Shown here one piece after another: positions 9,075-17,034 of a stretch of 24,000 bases of DNA. Position numbers and translations under genes: made by a program. Origin of the DNA: Thiolinea sp. (GTDB lineage Bacteria; Pseudomonadota; Gammaproteobacteria; Thiotrichales; Thiotrichaceae); assembly GCA_041395485.1 (NCBI GenBank), contig JAWLAK010000001.1, positions 520,056 through 544,055 on the forward strand, written 5' to 3'. How positions within the stretch are numbered: the stretch's first letter is position 1; each line of letters opens with the position of its first letter. Below the pieces are notes generated by a model that did no database searches, was not told where the DNA came from, and saw only the letters and a program-made list of their open reading frames with translations.

Positions 9075-9606
9075 GTGTACGCCCGTCATGGGCATGAACT
9101 TATGGGGTGAAAGTCCTCTGTTGGAAAACCACCGCCAGAATCCCATGTTGGTAGTATGGCGTTAACAACTAGCAGAAGGCAACTGCAAAACCGTGAGGGT
9201 TTGTGGGAAGGAAGCCTGATGCAAAGCTGCGGACTGACGGACAGAAACATCATAGAAGGCGTAGTCTGGAGGCGAGCTGGCACAAGACAGCGAAGCCGCG
9301 TGGTTTAACGGATAGCGTAAATGATGCAGTGGTGCAGTGACAGTTCATGTTCTTATCCGGGGAGAACTGCTTAACGGGCGGTCGTCGTGAACCCGTTGAG
9401 GTGCGGGTATAGAAAATGCCTTGGCGCTCCGGTGTGCCATCAACCGGTGACGAGCGAACCCGATGGCAAACGACAGCGCGGTGGGGAGCAATTTCCATCG
9501 TGATTAGGCAGTAGTCAGCAGACGGCATAGTAGCCAAACGCCTGCCGTAATGGGCTGGACACGGTGAAGGCCTGAACATCAACCAACAAGGAGGAGGTGC
9601 ATCTAC

Positions 9607-10935
9607 TTGGAATCATTACCGAATTCCCCGCCACGGGAAGATGAACGCCAGCGTTCCGATGAGAACCCAGCCTTGAATGCAAACCTGCTGGAACAGGTAC
9701 TCTCAAACGCCAATATGCAGCAGGCCTGGCAACAAGTCCGCCGCAATAAAGGCGCAGCCGGGGTCGATGGCATCACCATTGAGCAATTCACCGATTGGGT
9801 TAAGCCGCAATGGCCTGACCTGAAAGAACAACTGCTCACCGGGTGCTATTTCCCCCAGCCCGTTAAGCGTGTCCGCATCCCAAAAGATGACGGCTCTGAA
9901 CGTTTATTGGGCATCCCAACCGTGTTGGATCGGGTGATCCAGCAAGCCATTGTACAAATCCTGTCACCGATCTTTGACCCAACATTCTCTGAGCATAGTT
10001 ATGGCTTCAGGCCGAACCGCTCGGCACATGATGCGGTCAGAGAGGTTCAGGGATACTGCCAACAGAAACGGAACATCGCCGTCGATATTGACCTGAGTAA
10101 ATTTTTTGATCGGGTGAATCACGATAAGCTGATGACCCTGCTGGGACGCAGATTCCGTGATAAGGGTTTGCTGCAATTGATTGGCCGCTACCTTCGGGCG
10201 GGGGTGATGGATGGCAACATCCGGCTCCCCAACCATGAAGGTGTATCGCAAGGTGGCCCGCTTTCGCCATTATTATCCAATGTGATGCTTGATCCGTTGG
10301 ATAAAGAACTGGAGAAACGTGGTCACCACTTCGCCCGTTATGCGGATGACCTCATCATTATGGTGAAGAGCCCGCGGGCGGGTGAACGGGTACTCCAGAG
10401 TCTGACCCGTTTTATCGAAAATGACCTGAAGCTCAAGGTGAATGCTGAAAAGAGTCAGGTGGTTAACAGCGCAAACGCCAAGTTCCTGGGTTTTAGTTTC
10501 CGGGGCAAGCATATACGCTGGCATCCCAAATCGGTGGAGAAGTTCAAACGCCGCGTGCGGGAACTGACCAACCGGACATGGGGTGTGTCGATGGGAAAGA
10601 AAATCCGCGACTTGAGCGTGTATCTCCGGGGTTGGATCAACTATTACGGTATTGCTCATCAATACCAGCCATGTGTTGATCTTGATCACTGGATACGGCG
10701 CAGGGTCAGAATGTGCTACTGGAAACAATGGGGTCGACCGCGAACCAAGATTCGCAGCCTGATTCAATTAGGTCTGCCGGTCAGGTCAGCGGTGGCTTGC
10801 GGGCGCTCCAGCAAAGGCTGGTGGCGTAGCTCGAAATCACCGGGGATTAATGCTGCTTTGAGTTTGAAGTATCTGAAACAACAAGGCCTGTTCTCGCTGA
10901 GAGACGGCTGGATTGCATTTCATTATGGTGGGTGA
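9607..10935 (+). CDS. ltrA: Group II intron-encoded reverse transcriptase/maturase lacking an En (HNH) domain
   Basis: The protein has the RT-0/1 block LLEQVLSNANMQQAWQQVRRNKGAAGVDG, the RT-5 motif YADD, and the maturase X motif YLRGWINYYGIAH. There are no HNH/Cys motifs at the C-terminus. The TTG start at 9607 is preceded by AGGAGGAGG at 9-nt spacing. Confidence 0.93.
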   Translation: MESLPNSPPREDERQRSDENPALNANLLEQVLSNANMQQAWQQVRRNKGAAGVDGITIEQFTDWVKPQWPDLKEQLLTGCYFPQPVKRVRIPKDDGSERLLGIPTVLDRVIQQAIVQILSPIFDPTFSEHSYGFRPNRSAHDAVREVQGYCQQKRNIAVDIDLSKFFDRVNHDKLMTLLGRRFRDKGLLQLIGRYLRAGVMDGNIRLPNHEGVSQGGPLSPLLSNVMLDPLDKELEKRGHHFARYADDLIIMVKSPRAGERVLQSLTRFIENDLKLKVNAEKSQVVNSANAKFLGFSFRGKHIRWHPKSVEKFKRRVRELTNRTWGVSMGKKIRDLSVYLRGWINYYGIAHQYQPCVDLDHWIRRRVRMCYWKQWGRPRTKIRSLIQLGLPVRSAVACGRSSKGWWRSSKSPGINAALSLKYLKQQGLFSLRDGWIAFHYGG

Positions 10936-11004
10936 AACGCCCTGTGCGGAGCCGCATGCAGGGTGTTGTGGGGGCTGGAGGTTAGAGACCTCCGGCTACC
11001 CGAT
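10936..11004 (+). ncRNA. Intron domains V and VI (catalytic hairpin and branch-site hairpin)
   Basis: DV (10936-10967): AACGCCCUGU pairs with GCAGGGUGUU over 10 bp including G-U pairs, with a 2-nt AU bulge on the 3' strand, a 3-bp upper stem GCG/CGC and loop GAGC. DVI (10971-11000): GGGGCUGGAGGU pairs with ACCUCCGGCU(A)CCC, and the bulged A is 7 nt from the proposed 3' end. Confidence 0.55.
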
Positions 11005-11014
11005 TAATTTTATT
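11004..11014. repeat. Right copy of the 11-bp direct repeat TTAATTTTATT at the intron 3' end
   Basis: This is an exact match to 9064-9074. It overlaps the last proposed intron nucleotide by 1 nt. Confidence 0.85.
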
Positions 11015-11250
11015 TGGTCAGCTCTAACTGACTGATATTATTGATTTCTCTATCTGTTCTTGTTGCCGGTTGGGGCCGTCGTTCAAGATGGGTTCAGTGT
11101 GCTTCAGCGGCCCGTTTGTCTCAACGCGTACAGAGATAAACGGGATATTTCCACTTATAAGCTGTAATTATTGATGGCTTGTTTTAATTTATTGGCTGGA
11201 TATTGAGCAGGACTCTGTCCATAATAACGGCGAGGCTTTACGCTTTCTAT

Positions 11251-11290
11251 AAAAAAACGGGGTGATCTGCTGTTGCATGATCACCCCGTT
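11251..11290 (-). terminator. Rho-independent terminator of the formate dehydrogenase operon
   Basis: The minus strand reads AACGGGGTGATC-atgcaacagca-GATCACCCCGTT followed by TTTTTTTA, 29 nt after the fdsA stop. Confidence 0.75.
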
Positions 11291-11318
11291 GATACCGCAG
11301 TTTATAGCTGTGTTGCTG

Positions 11319-14069
11319 TTATGACGCTTTAGCCAGCTGTACCGCGCAGTATTTCACCTCAGCAATTTTTGCATCCGGATCCAGCGCTGCATTGGTCAGC
11401 TCATTGGCCGCAGCCTCGAAGTAACAGAACGGCATAAACACCACGCCGGGCGGTGAGGCATCGACAATGCGTACATCGGTGGTGACTTTGCCGCGACGGC
11501 TTTGCAGGGTGATTTTATCACCGTCTTCCACGCCATATTTCTGTGCATCACGCACGCTCATACCCACCCATGGGGCTGGCTCCAGTGCATCCAGTGTGTT
11601 TGAGCGCCGGGTCATACTGCCGGTATGCCAGTGTTCCAGCTGACGACCGGTGATCAGCACATACGGGTACTCATCATCCGGCTGCTCATCCGGCGGGATC
11701 AGATCAGCAGGCACCAGCTTAGCCTTGCCGCTGCTGGTCGGGAACTGTTCGGTAAACAGAATCGGCTGACCGGGATCGCCTTCCTCTTTACAAGGGTAGG
11801 TGACCGTTTCCTGCTCCAGCCGCTCCCAGGTAATACCGGCGATCGAGTTCATGCCCAGACGCATTTCATTAAACACATCTTTCGGGCTTTCATATTGCCA
11901 GTCCAGTCCCAGACGCCGTGCCATTTCCTGAATAATCCACAGATCCTGGCGGGCATCACCCGGCGGATTCACTGCCTGGCGGCCGATCTGCACCATGCGA
12001 TCCGAGTTGATGAAGGTGCCGGTTTTTTCCGGTGCGGCAGAGGCGGGCAGAATCACATCGGCGTAGTGCGCGGTCTCGGTGAGGAAAATATCCTGCACCA
12101 CCAGATGCTCCAGTTTAGCCATCGCTGCCCGCGCATGATTGGCATCAGGATCAGACATGGCCGGATTTTCACCTTCGATGTACATGCCTTTGATCTGATG
12201 ATCATAAGCCGCATTCATCATTTCCACGGTGGTTAAACCGGGTTTCGGCGACAGCTGCGTACCCCAGATTTTCTCAAAGCGGTGGCGGGCGTTTTCATTT
12301 CCTACCGGCTGATAATCCGGGAATACCATCGGAATCAGGCCGACATCGGAGGCACCCTGCACATTATTCTGCCCCCGCAGCGGATGCAGTCCGGAACCGG
12401 GGCGGCCGATCTGACCGGTGAGCATACACAGTGAAATCAGACAGCGGGCATTGTCCGTGCCGTGTACATGCTGCGAAATACCCATGCCCCACAGGATCAT
12501 TGAGTTATCTGCGGTGGCATACATGCGGGCAATGTTACGGATGGTGTCCGCCTCAATGCCGCAGATTTCCTGCATGGCTTCCGGGCTGAACTGTTTGAGG
12601 TGCTCACGCAGTGCCTCATGGTTTTCGGTGCGGGAGCGGACAAAGCTCTCGTCCACCAGGCCTTCCTCGACAATGGTGTGCATCATCGCATTCAGCAGTG
12701 CCACATCCGTGGCCGGTTTGAACTGGATATGATGCGTGGCATGGCGTGCCATCGCCGAACGCCGGGGATCAAGTAAAATGAGTTTGGTGCCGTTTTTAAT
12801 GGCATTTTTCATCCAGCTGGAGCCCACCGGGTGATTCACGGCCGGATTGGCTCCGGTGACGATAATCACATCCGCTTTGGTTACATCCGCCATCGGGTTG
12901 GAGACCGCGCCGGAGCCGAGACCCTCCAGCAGTGCAATCACCGATGAGGCGTGGCACAGACGGGTGCAGTGGTCGACGTTATTGGTAGTAAAACCGGTGC
13001 GTACCAGCTTTTGGAACAGGTAGGCTTCTTCATTGCTGCCTTTCGCGGAACCCAGGCCAGCCAGTGCTTCACCGCCGTCACGCTCAAGAATTTTTTTCAA
13101 TCCACCGGCCGCAAAGTCCAGTGCCTCATCCCAGCTGGCTTCACGGAACCATTTCTCCGGATGCGCCGGGTCGAACTCGACTTCGGCTGTTTTCGGGGCA
13201 TCATCACGACGGATCAGCGGTTTGGTCAGACGTTCCGGGTGGTGAATATAATCGAAACCAAAACGGCCTTTGACACACAGACGGTTTTCATTGGCGGGGC
13301 CGTTACGGCCTTCCACGTAGAGGATTTTGTCATCCTTGACATTGTAGGTCAGCAGGCAGCCGACACCACAGTAAGGGCAGACTGAATCCACCTTTTTGTC
13401 CGGTACAATCAGGCCGACTTCATTGGCGGGCATCAATGCGCCGGTCGGGCAGGCCTGCACACATTCACCACAACCGACACAGGTACTGGTACCCATCGGG
13501 TCATCAAAATCAAACACGATTTTGGAGTGGCTGCCGCGGTGCGCATAACCGATGACATCGTTGACCTGCTCATCACGGCAGGCACGCAGACAGCGCGTAC
13601 ACTGGATACATGCATCCAGATTCACCGCCATTGCCGGGTGTGACAGGTCAGCAGCAGGAATATGCTCAGCCGCTTGTGCGGCAAAGCGTGGCGCACCCAC
13701 TTCCAGCTTGTCTGCCCACTGTTGCAGCTCATTGTTCAGGGTGTACTGCTTTTCCGGCATGTCAGCGAGCAATAACTCCAGCACCATTTTCTGTGCGCTG
13801 GTCGCCCGCTCATTGGCGGAATTAACCACCATCCCTTCTTTCGGCTGGCGGCAGCAGGAGGGTGCGAGTACGCGTTCTCCCTCAATCTCCACCATGCAGG
13901 CGCGGCAGTTGCCGTCCGGTTCCAGCCCGTCCTTGTAACAAAGGTGAGGAATTTCCACCTCGTTGCGTTTTGCGGCCTGCAGAATCGTTTCGTGCTCCAA
14001 TGCCTCGACCGTGCGGTCGTTCAGGGTGAAGCTGATGCGCTTAGGCGTATTTTCCGGCATTTGAGTCAT
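11319..14069 (-). CDS. fdsA: NAD-dependent formate dehydrogenase alpha (molybdopterin catalytic) subunit
   Basis: The 916-aa product has an N-terminal 2Fe-2S motif (CYKDG...CRACMVEI...APSCC), two ferredoxin-type 4Fe-4S motifs (CIQCTRCLRAC, CVGCGECVQACP), the MGD-domain cluster CPYCGVGC, and the active-site region HCTRLCHASS with Cys rather than Sec. ATG 14069 is preceded by GGAGGT and overlaps the fdsB stop (TAATG). Confidence 0.92.
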   Translation of the reverse strand: MTQMPENTPKRISFTLNDRTVEALEHETILQAAKRNEVEIPHLCYKDGLEPDGNCRACMVEIEGERVLAPSCCRQPKEGMVVNSANERATSAQKMVLELLLADMPEKQYTLNNELQQWADKLEVGAPRFAAQAAEHIPAADLSHPAMAVNLDACIQCTRCLRACRDEQVNDVIGYAHRGSHSKIVFDFDDPMGTSTCVGCGECVQACPTGALMPANEVGLIVPDKKVDSVCPYCGVGCLLTYNVKDDKILYVEGRNGPANENRLCVKGRFGFDYIHHPERLTKPLIRRDDAPKTAEVEFDPAHPEKWFREASWDEALDFAAGGLKKILERDGGEALAGLGSAKGSNEEAYLFQKLVRTGFTTNNVDHCTRLCHASSVIALLEGLGSGAVSNPMADVTKADVIIVTGANPAVNHPVGSSWMKNAIKNGTKLILLDPRRSAMARHATHHIQFKPATDVALLNAMMHTIVEEGLVDESFVRSRTENHEALREHLKQFSPEAMQEICGIEADTIRNIARMYATADNSMILWGMGISQHVHGTDNARCLISLCMLTGQIGRPGSGLHPLRGQNNVQGASDVGLIPMVFPDYQPVGNENARHRFEKIWGTQLSPKPGLTTVEMMNAAYDHQIKGMYIEGENPAMSDPDANHARAAMAKLEHLVVQDIFLTETAHYADVILPASAAPEKTGTFINSDRMVQIGRQAVNPPGDARQDLWIIQEMARRLGLDWQYESPKDVFNEMRLGMNSIAGITWERLEQETVTYPCKEEGDPGQPILFTEQFPTSSGKAKLVPADLIPPDEQPDDEYPYVLITGRQLEHWHTGSMTRRSNTLDALEPAPWVGMSVRDAQKYGVEDGDKITLQSRRGKVTTDVRIVDASPPGVVFMPFCYFEAAANELTNAALDPDAKIAEVKYCAVQLAKAS

Positions 14070-15739
14070 TACTTTACCTCCTGCGGAAAGTAATTGATTA
14101 CACATTGCAGCGGGTTCGGAGCTGCCTGCCCCAGACCACAAATAGAGGCGTCGATCATCACGGTGCTGAGTTCCTTCATCAGCGCCTGATCCCAGACCGG
14201 TTGCTCCATCAGTTTGACGGCTTTGGCGGTACCCACGCGGCAGGGCGTACACTGACCGCAGGATTCATGCTCAAAAAAGCGCATCGCATTCAGTGCCACA
14301 TCACGCGCCTTATCCTGATCGGAGAGTACAATCACCGCTGCCGAGCCGATAAAGCAACCATGTTCATTCAGGGTGTCAAAATCCAGCGGCAGGTCGCCTT
14401 TGGAAGCGGGCAGAATACCGCCGGATGCGCCACCGGGCAGATAGCCGTAGAAGGTGTGGCCTTCCAACATGCCGCCACAATACTCATCAATCAGCTCACG
14501 CATGGTAATACCCGCCGGAGCCAGATGTACACCGGGCTTATTGACCCGGCCACTGACGGAGAAAGAGCGCAGCCCCTTGCGGCCGTTACGTCCGTGTGCT
14601 GTAAATTCAGCAGCGCCTTTGTCCAGAATATCGCGCACCCAGTACAGGGACTCCATATTGTGTTCCAGGGTCGGGCGGCCAAACAGACCTACTTCAGCCA
14701 GATAAGGCGGACGCAGACGCGGCATACCACGCTTGCCCTCAATCGACTCCACCATCGCCGACTCTTCACCACAGACATAAGCCCCGGCACCGCGGCGTAA
14801 CTCAATCGGCGGCAGCTCAGGAAAGTGTTGCTTTAGTGCGGCCAGTTCGCGCTCCAGCAGCAGTTTGACCCCGTGATATTCATCACGCAGGTAGATATAA
14901 ATGGCTTCAGTACCCACCACTTTGGCGGCAATCAGCATGCCTTCAAAAAAGCGGTGCGGGTCACGTTCCAGATAATAACGATCCTTAAACGTGCCAGGCT
15001 CGCCTTCGTCAATGTTGACCGCCATCAGGCGCGGGGCAGTCTGGCCTTTAACAATGCGCCACTTGCGCCCGACCGGGAAACCGGCACCGCCCAGACCACG
15101 TAAACCGGAGTTTTCCAGCTCGCTCAGCACCGACTCATCATCGCGCTCATCACTCAGGCACTGCTGATACAACTGATAGCCGCCTTCATCGAGATAGGTT
15201 TGCAGATCTTTGGCCTGTTCCGGAATCGTTGCATCCTGCTGACCGTTATCCACCGCGGCAGATACTTTATCAGTGGTTGCCTGCTCAACCGGATGCTGGC
15301 CCACCACTGCGACAGGGGCAGCTTCGCAACGGCCCACGCAAGGCACGCGCTGAATCCGTAACTCACCACCTTTATCGGCCAGCCGGGCAGACAGGTCGGC
15401 AATCAGCGATTCGGCGCCGGACTGCTGGCAGCTGATCGAATCACAAACCCGTACCGTCAGCGCCGGTGGAACAGCGTCGCCTTCTTTCACCGGATCAAAA
15501 TGGTGGTAGAAGCTGGCGACTTCGTAGACTTCAACCAGGCTGATATGCAGTTTGTGCGCAATGGCGTTCAGGTAGTCCGCAGGCAGGCAGTGTTTACGAT
15601 CCTGAACGATGTGCAGGTATTCAATCAGCAGGTCACGGCGTAGCGGTAAACCGGACTCAGCCAGCCAGGCTTCGATTTCCGACAGAACCTGGCCGTTTAG
15701 CGAGCGACCCCGCTTTTTAAAGGAGGCTTTTTTGCCCAT
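14069..15739 (-). CDS. fdsB: Formate dehydrogenase diaphorase subunit: NuoE-like (FdsG) N-terminal domain fused to a NuoF-like (FdsB) FMN/NAD/4Fe-4S module
   Basis: The N-terminal part has thioredoxin-like 2Fe-2S motifs (CDSISC ... CVGRC). It is followed by NuoF-type blocks GLRGLGGAGFPVGRKW and YVCGEESAMVESIEG, and the cluster motif ESCGQCTPCR. Confidence 0.9.
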   Translation of the reverse strand: MGKKASFKKRGRSLNGQVLSEIEAWLAESGLPLRRDLLIEYLHIVQDRKHCLPADYLNAIAHKLHISLVEVYEVASFYHHFDPVKEGDAVPPALTVRVCDSISCQQSGAESLIADLSARLADKGGELRIQRVPCVGRCEAAPVAVVGQHPVEQATTDKVSAAVDNGQQDATIPEQAKDLQTYLDEGGYQLYQQCLSDERDDESVLSELENSGLRGLGGAGFPVGRKWRIVKGQTAPRLMAVNIDEGEPGTFKDRYYLERDPHRFFEGMLIAAKVVGTEAIYIYLRDEYHGVKLLLERELAALKQHFPELPPIELRRGAGAYVCGEESAMVESIEGKRGMPRLRPPYLAEVGLFGRPTLEHNMESLYWVRDILDKGAAEFTAHGRNGRKGLRSFSVSGRVNKPGVHLAPAGITMRELIDEYCGGMLEGHTFYGYLPGGASGGILPASKGDLPLDFDTLNEHGCFIGSAAVIVLSDQDKARDVALNAMRFFEHESCGQCTPCRVGTAKAVKLMEQPVWDQALMKELSTVMIDASICGLGQAAPNPLQCVINYFPQEVK

Positions 15740-15866
15740 AACTTGTATCTTCTCTAAATGCTTTGGTGGTGAGACTCTCTGCGCTGGTCAGGTAAAACAA
15801 AGGTAAACATACGCCAGCGTATTGAAGCCTAGGTTAAACCAAAAAAACATAGGGAGAAATAGTTTT

Positions 15867-15882
15867 TTGACTGTTCAGTCAA
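15867..15882. promoter_or_regulatory. Palindrome TTGACTG-TT-CAGTCAA upstream of the fds operon, a candidate operator
   Basis: Perfect 7-bp arms with a 2-nt spacer lie about 130 nt upstream of the fdsB ATG and 44 nt downstream of the orphan gene stop. Confidence 0.25.
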
Positions 15883-15925
15883 TCAATCTCATTTGAGTCA
15901 TTCCGGTGGCTGATACCATGACGGC

Positions 15926-16675
15926 TCAGCTCCAGCGGTACCACTCAGTAATACCTAAATTACGCCCCCAGTGGTCAATCAGGTCACGGTCGGTGGTGGC
16001 ATCGAATGCCTGATGCAGGCAGGGTTCCAGCAATAAAGCCGCCGCTGCTTCCATGCCAACCATCTGATACGGCTCAAAGATGCCGGGCATGTCAAACAGC
16101 TCCGCCACCATCAGCGCCTGTGCTGCATTCATCACCTGATTGGCGCGGACAATACTTTTCGGGAACATCTCCGGGGTGATCTGCAGGCAGGCAACATGAT
16201 CCACTACCTGATTAATCAGCGATTGCTTCTGCGTTGCCTGCAGTTCGCTGTAATTACGGTGCAGCTCAATATCAATCAGCATGCCGACCGGCACTGAGTG
16301 TAGTTGCGACAACACGCCGCCGATGACGTGATCGGTGAAATTATTCTGCTGTGCCTGCGGAATAGCGGGGTGCATGGTCAGCAGTTCATTTTTTACCTCC
16401 AGCAGCCCCATCGGATCAGGGCGCAATGTCGCCCGTTCGGTTTCCGGCATGCCGAACTGATGCAGCACAAAAGCTGCCTGCCAGGCGATCAGGTAATTAT
16501 TCTCATCACTGGGCAGACGCAGCACGATTTCATGCCGCTCGCGGTTGTCGCGCCCGGCCATATTGACGCTGGAAGAAACCGGCAGATTCTGGTCGTAAAT
16601 AATATCGAAGCCATAGCCGCTGGTTTTGGTGGCTGCGTCGATCAGGTGTTGGGTGCTTTGTGGGTAGGTGGCCAT
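15926..16675 (-). CDS. Hypothetical cytoplasmic protein of 249 aa, no family recognised
   Basis: This is a clean 750-nt ORF with a balanced, protein-like composition and no TM segment or signal peptide. I saw no catalytic motif (no HExxH, no P-loop). The SD is weak. It is divergent from ccdAB. Confidence 0.6.
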   Translation of the reverse strand: MATYPQSTQHLIDAATKTSGYGFDIIYDQNLPVSSSVNMAGRDNRERHEIVLRLPSDENNYLIAWQAAFVLHQFGMPETERATLRPDPMGLLEVKNELLTMHPAIPQAQQNNFTDHVIGGVLSQLHSVPVGMLIDIELHRNYSELQATQKQSLINQVVDHVACLQITPEMFPKSIVRANQVMNAAQALMVAELFDMPGIFEPYQMVGMEAAAALLLEPCLHQAFDATTDRDLIDHWGRNLGITEWYRWS

Positions 16676-16729
16676 GGCGGAACCGCTTCGCTGAAAAGGT
16701 GGGGATTATAGCGGAAATTCACAAACGGT

Positions 16730-16758
16730 TTGAATTATAGGTGTTTAATGCGCATACT
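16730..16758 (+). promoter_or_regulatory. Candidate sigma-70 promoter with palindromic operator for ccdAB
   Basis: The promoter reads TTGAAT (16730-16735)-N17-CATACT (16753-16758). The 8-bp palindrome ATGCGCAT (16748-16755) overlaps the -10, and CGCATA is repeated 11 nt downstream. Confidence 0.3.
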
Positions 16759-16788
16759 AATACGCATAAATTCCAATGGAGTCAGTTT

Positions 16789-17034
16789 ATGGAAGCCCTA
16801 TACGATATTTCAGCGCCGAAAAAGCCCACTAACCTCAGCATCAATAGTGATCTGCTAAGACGTTCACGCGAACTTGAAATCAATTTGTCTGCAACCCTGG
16901 AGAATGCCTTAAAAGAAGTGCTAGCCAAACAGCAAGAGGCGCGCTGGAAAAAAGAAAATCGTGCTGCAATCATCAGTTATAACGCATTCGTTGAAGAACA
17001 TGGCTGCTTTTCTGATGAGTACCGGAATTTTTGA
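16789..17034 (+). CDS. ccdA: CcdA-family type II antitoxin
   Basis: The 81-aa product (PTNLSINSDLLRRSRELEINLSATLENALKEVL...WKKENRAAIISYNAFVEEHGCFSDEYRNF) follows the CcdA pattern. TGGAG lies 7 nt before the ATG. The stop overlaps the ccdB ATG (TGATG). Confidence 0.85.
   Translation: MEALYDISAPKKPTNLSINSDLLRRSRELEINLSATLENALKEVLAKQQEARWKKENRAAIISYNAFVEEHGCFSDEYRNF

Larger units (their letters stand above)
9075..11004 (+). mobile_element. Bacterial ORF-containing group II intron (ribozyme plus RT/maturase); boundaries within about 3 nt
   Basis: The 5' end GTGTACGCCCG resembles the GUGYG consensus. About 530 nt of structured, non-coding RNA precede the ORF, including GGUGAAAGUCC. The IEP ORF sits in domain IV, and a domain V-like and a domain VI-like hairpin follow the stop. 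The 3' end is ...CCCGAU (AY). Confidence 0.85.

Noticed and set aside
9086-9839. Small minus-strand ORFs (9086-9283, 9250-9582, 9515-9706, 9603-9839) upstream of and overlapping the RT gene start
   Set aside because: They lie in the structured 5' ribozyme part of the group II intron (domains I-III). They are antisense to it and have no coding signatures.
9607-10935. The possibility that the reverse transcriptase belongs to a retron, a DGR or an Abi-type defence RT
   Set aside because: The protein has the maturase domain X motif (RGWINYYGIAH). It is embedded in about 600 nt of flanking structured RNA with a GUGUA 5' end, a domain V-like catalytic hairpin and a domain VI with a bulged A. I saw no msr/msd-like repeats or template/variable repeat pair.
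9064-11014. The 11-bp flanking direct repeat as evidence for an IS or transposon
   Set aside because: There is no transposase ORF and there are no terminal inverted repeats. The internal content is a complete group II intron. I kept the repeat as an unexplained observation rather than an IS call.
12900-13000. The possibility of a selenocysteine (in-frame TGA) formate dehydrogenase
   Set aside because: The fdsA frame is uninterrupted. The catalytic position reads Cys (HCTRLCHASS), and there is no in-frame UGA, so no SECIS element is needed.
14070-14252. A 61-aa N-terminal extension of fdsA in the ORF track (start at 14252)
   Set aside because: The extension overlaps the 3' end of fdsB in another frame and has an unprotein-like G/R/S-rich sequence. 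ATG 14069 has a GGAGGT SD, overlaps the fdsB stop (TAATG), and begins the conserved 2Fe-2S domain.
11625-15103. Plus-strand ORFs within the fds genes (for example 11625-12236, 12951-13385, 13552-13938, 14105-14800)
   Set aside because: They are antisense to FdsA/FdsB frames that carry multiple Fe-S and molybdopterin motifs, and their composition is that of shadow ORFs.
16304-16711. A 135-aa plus-strand ORF overlapping the orphan 249-aa gene
   Set aside because: It is shorter and antisense, has an R/G/H-rich composition, and would run through the divergent promoter region. The minus-strand frame looks far more protein-like.
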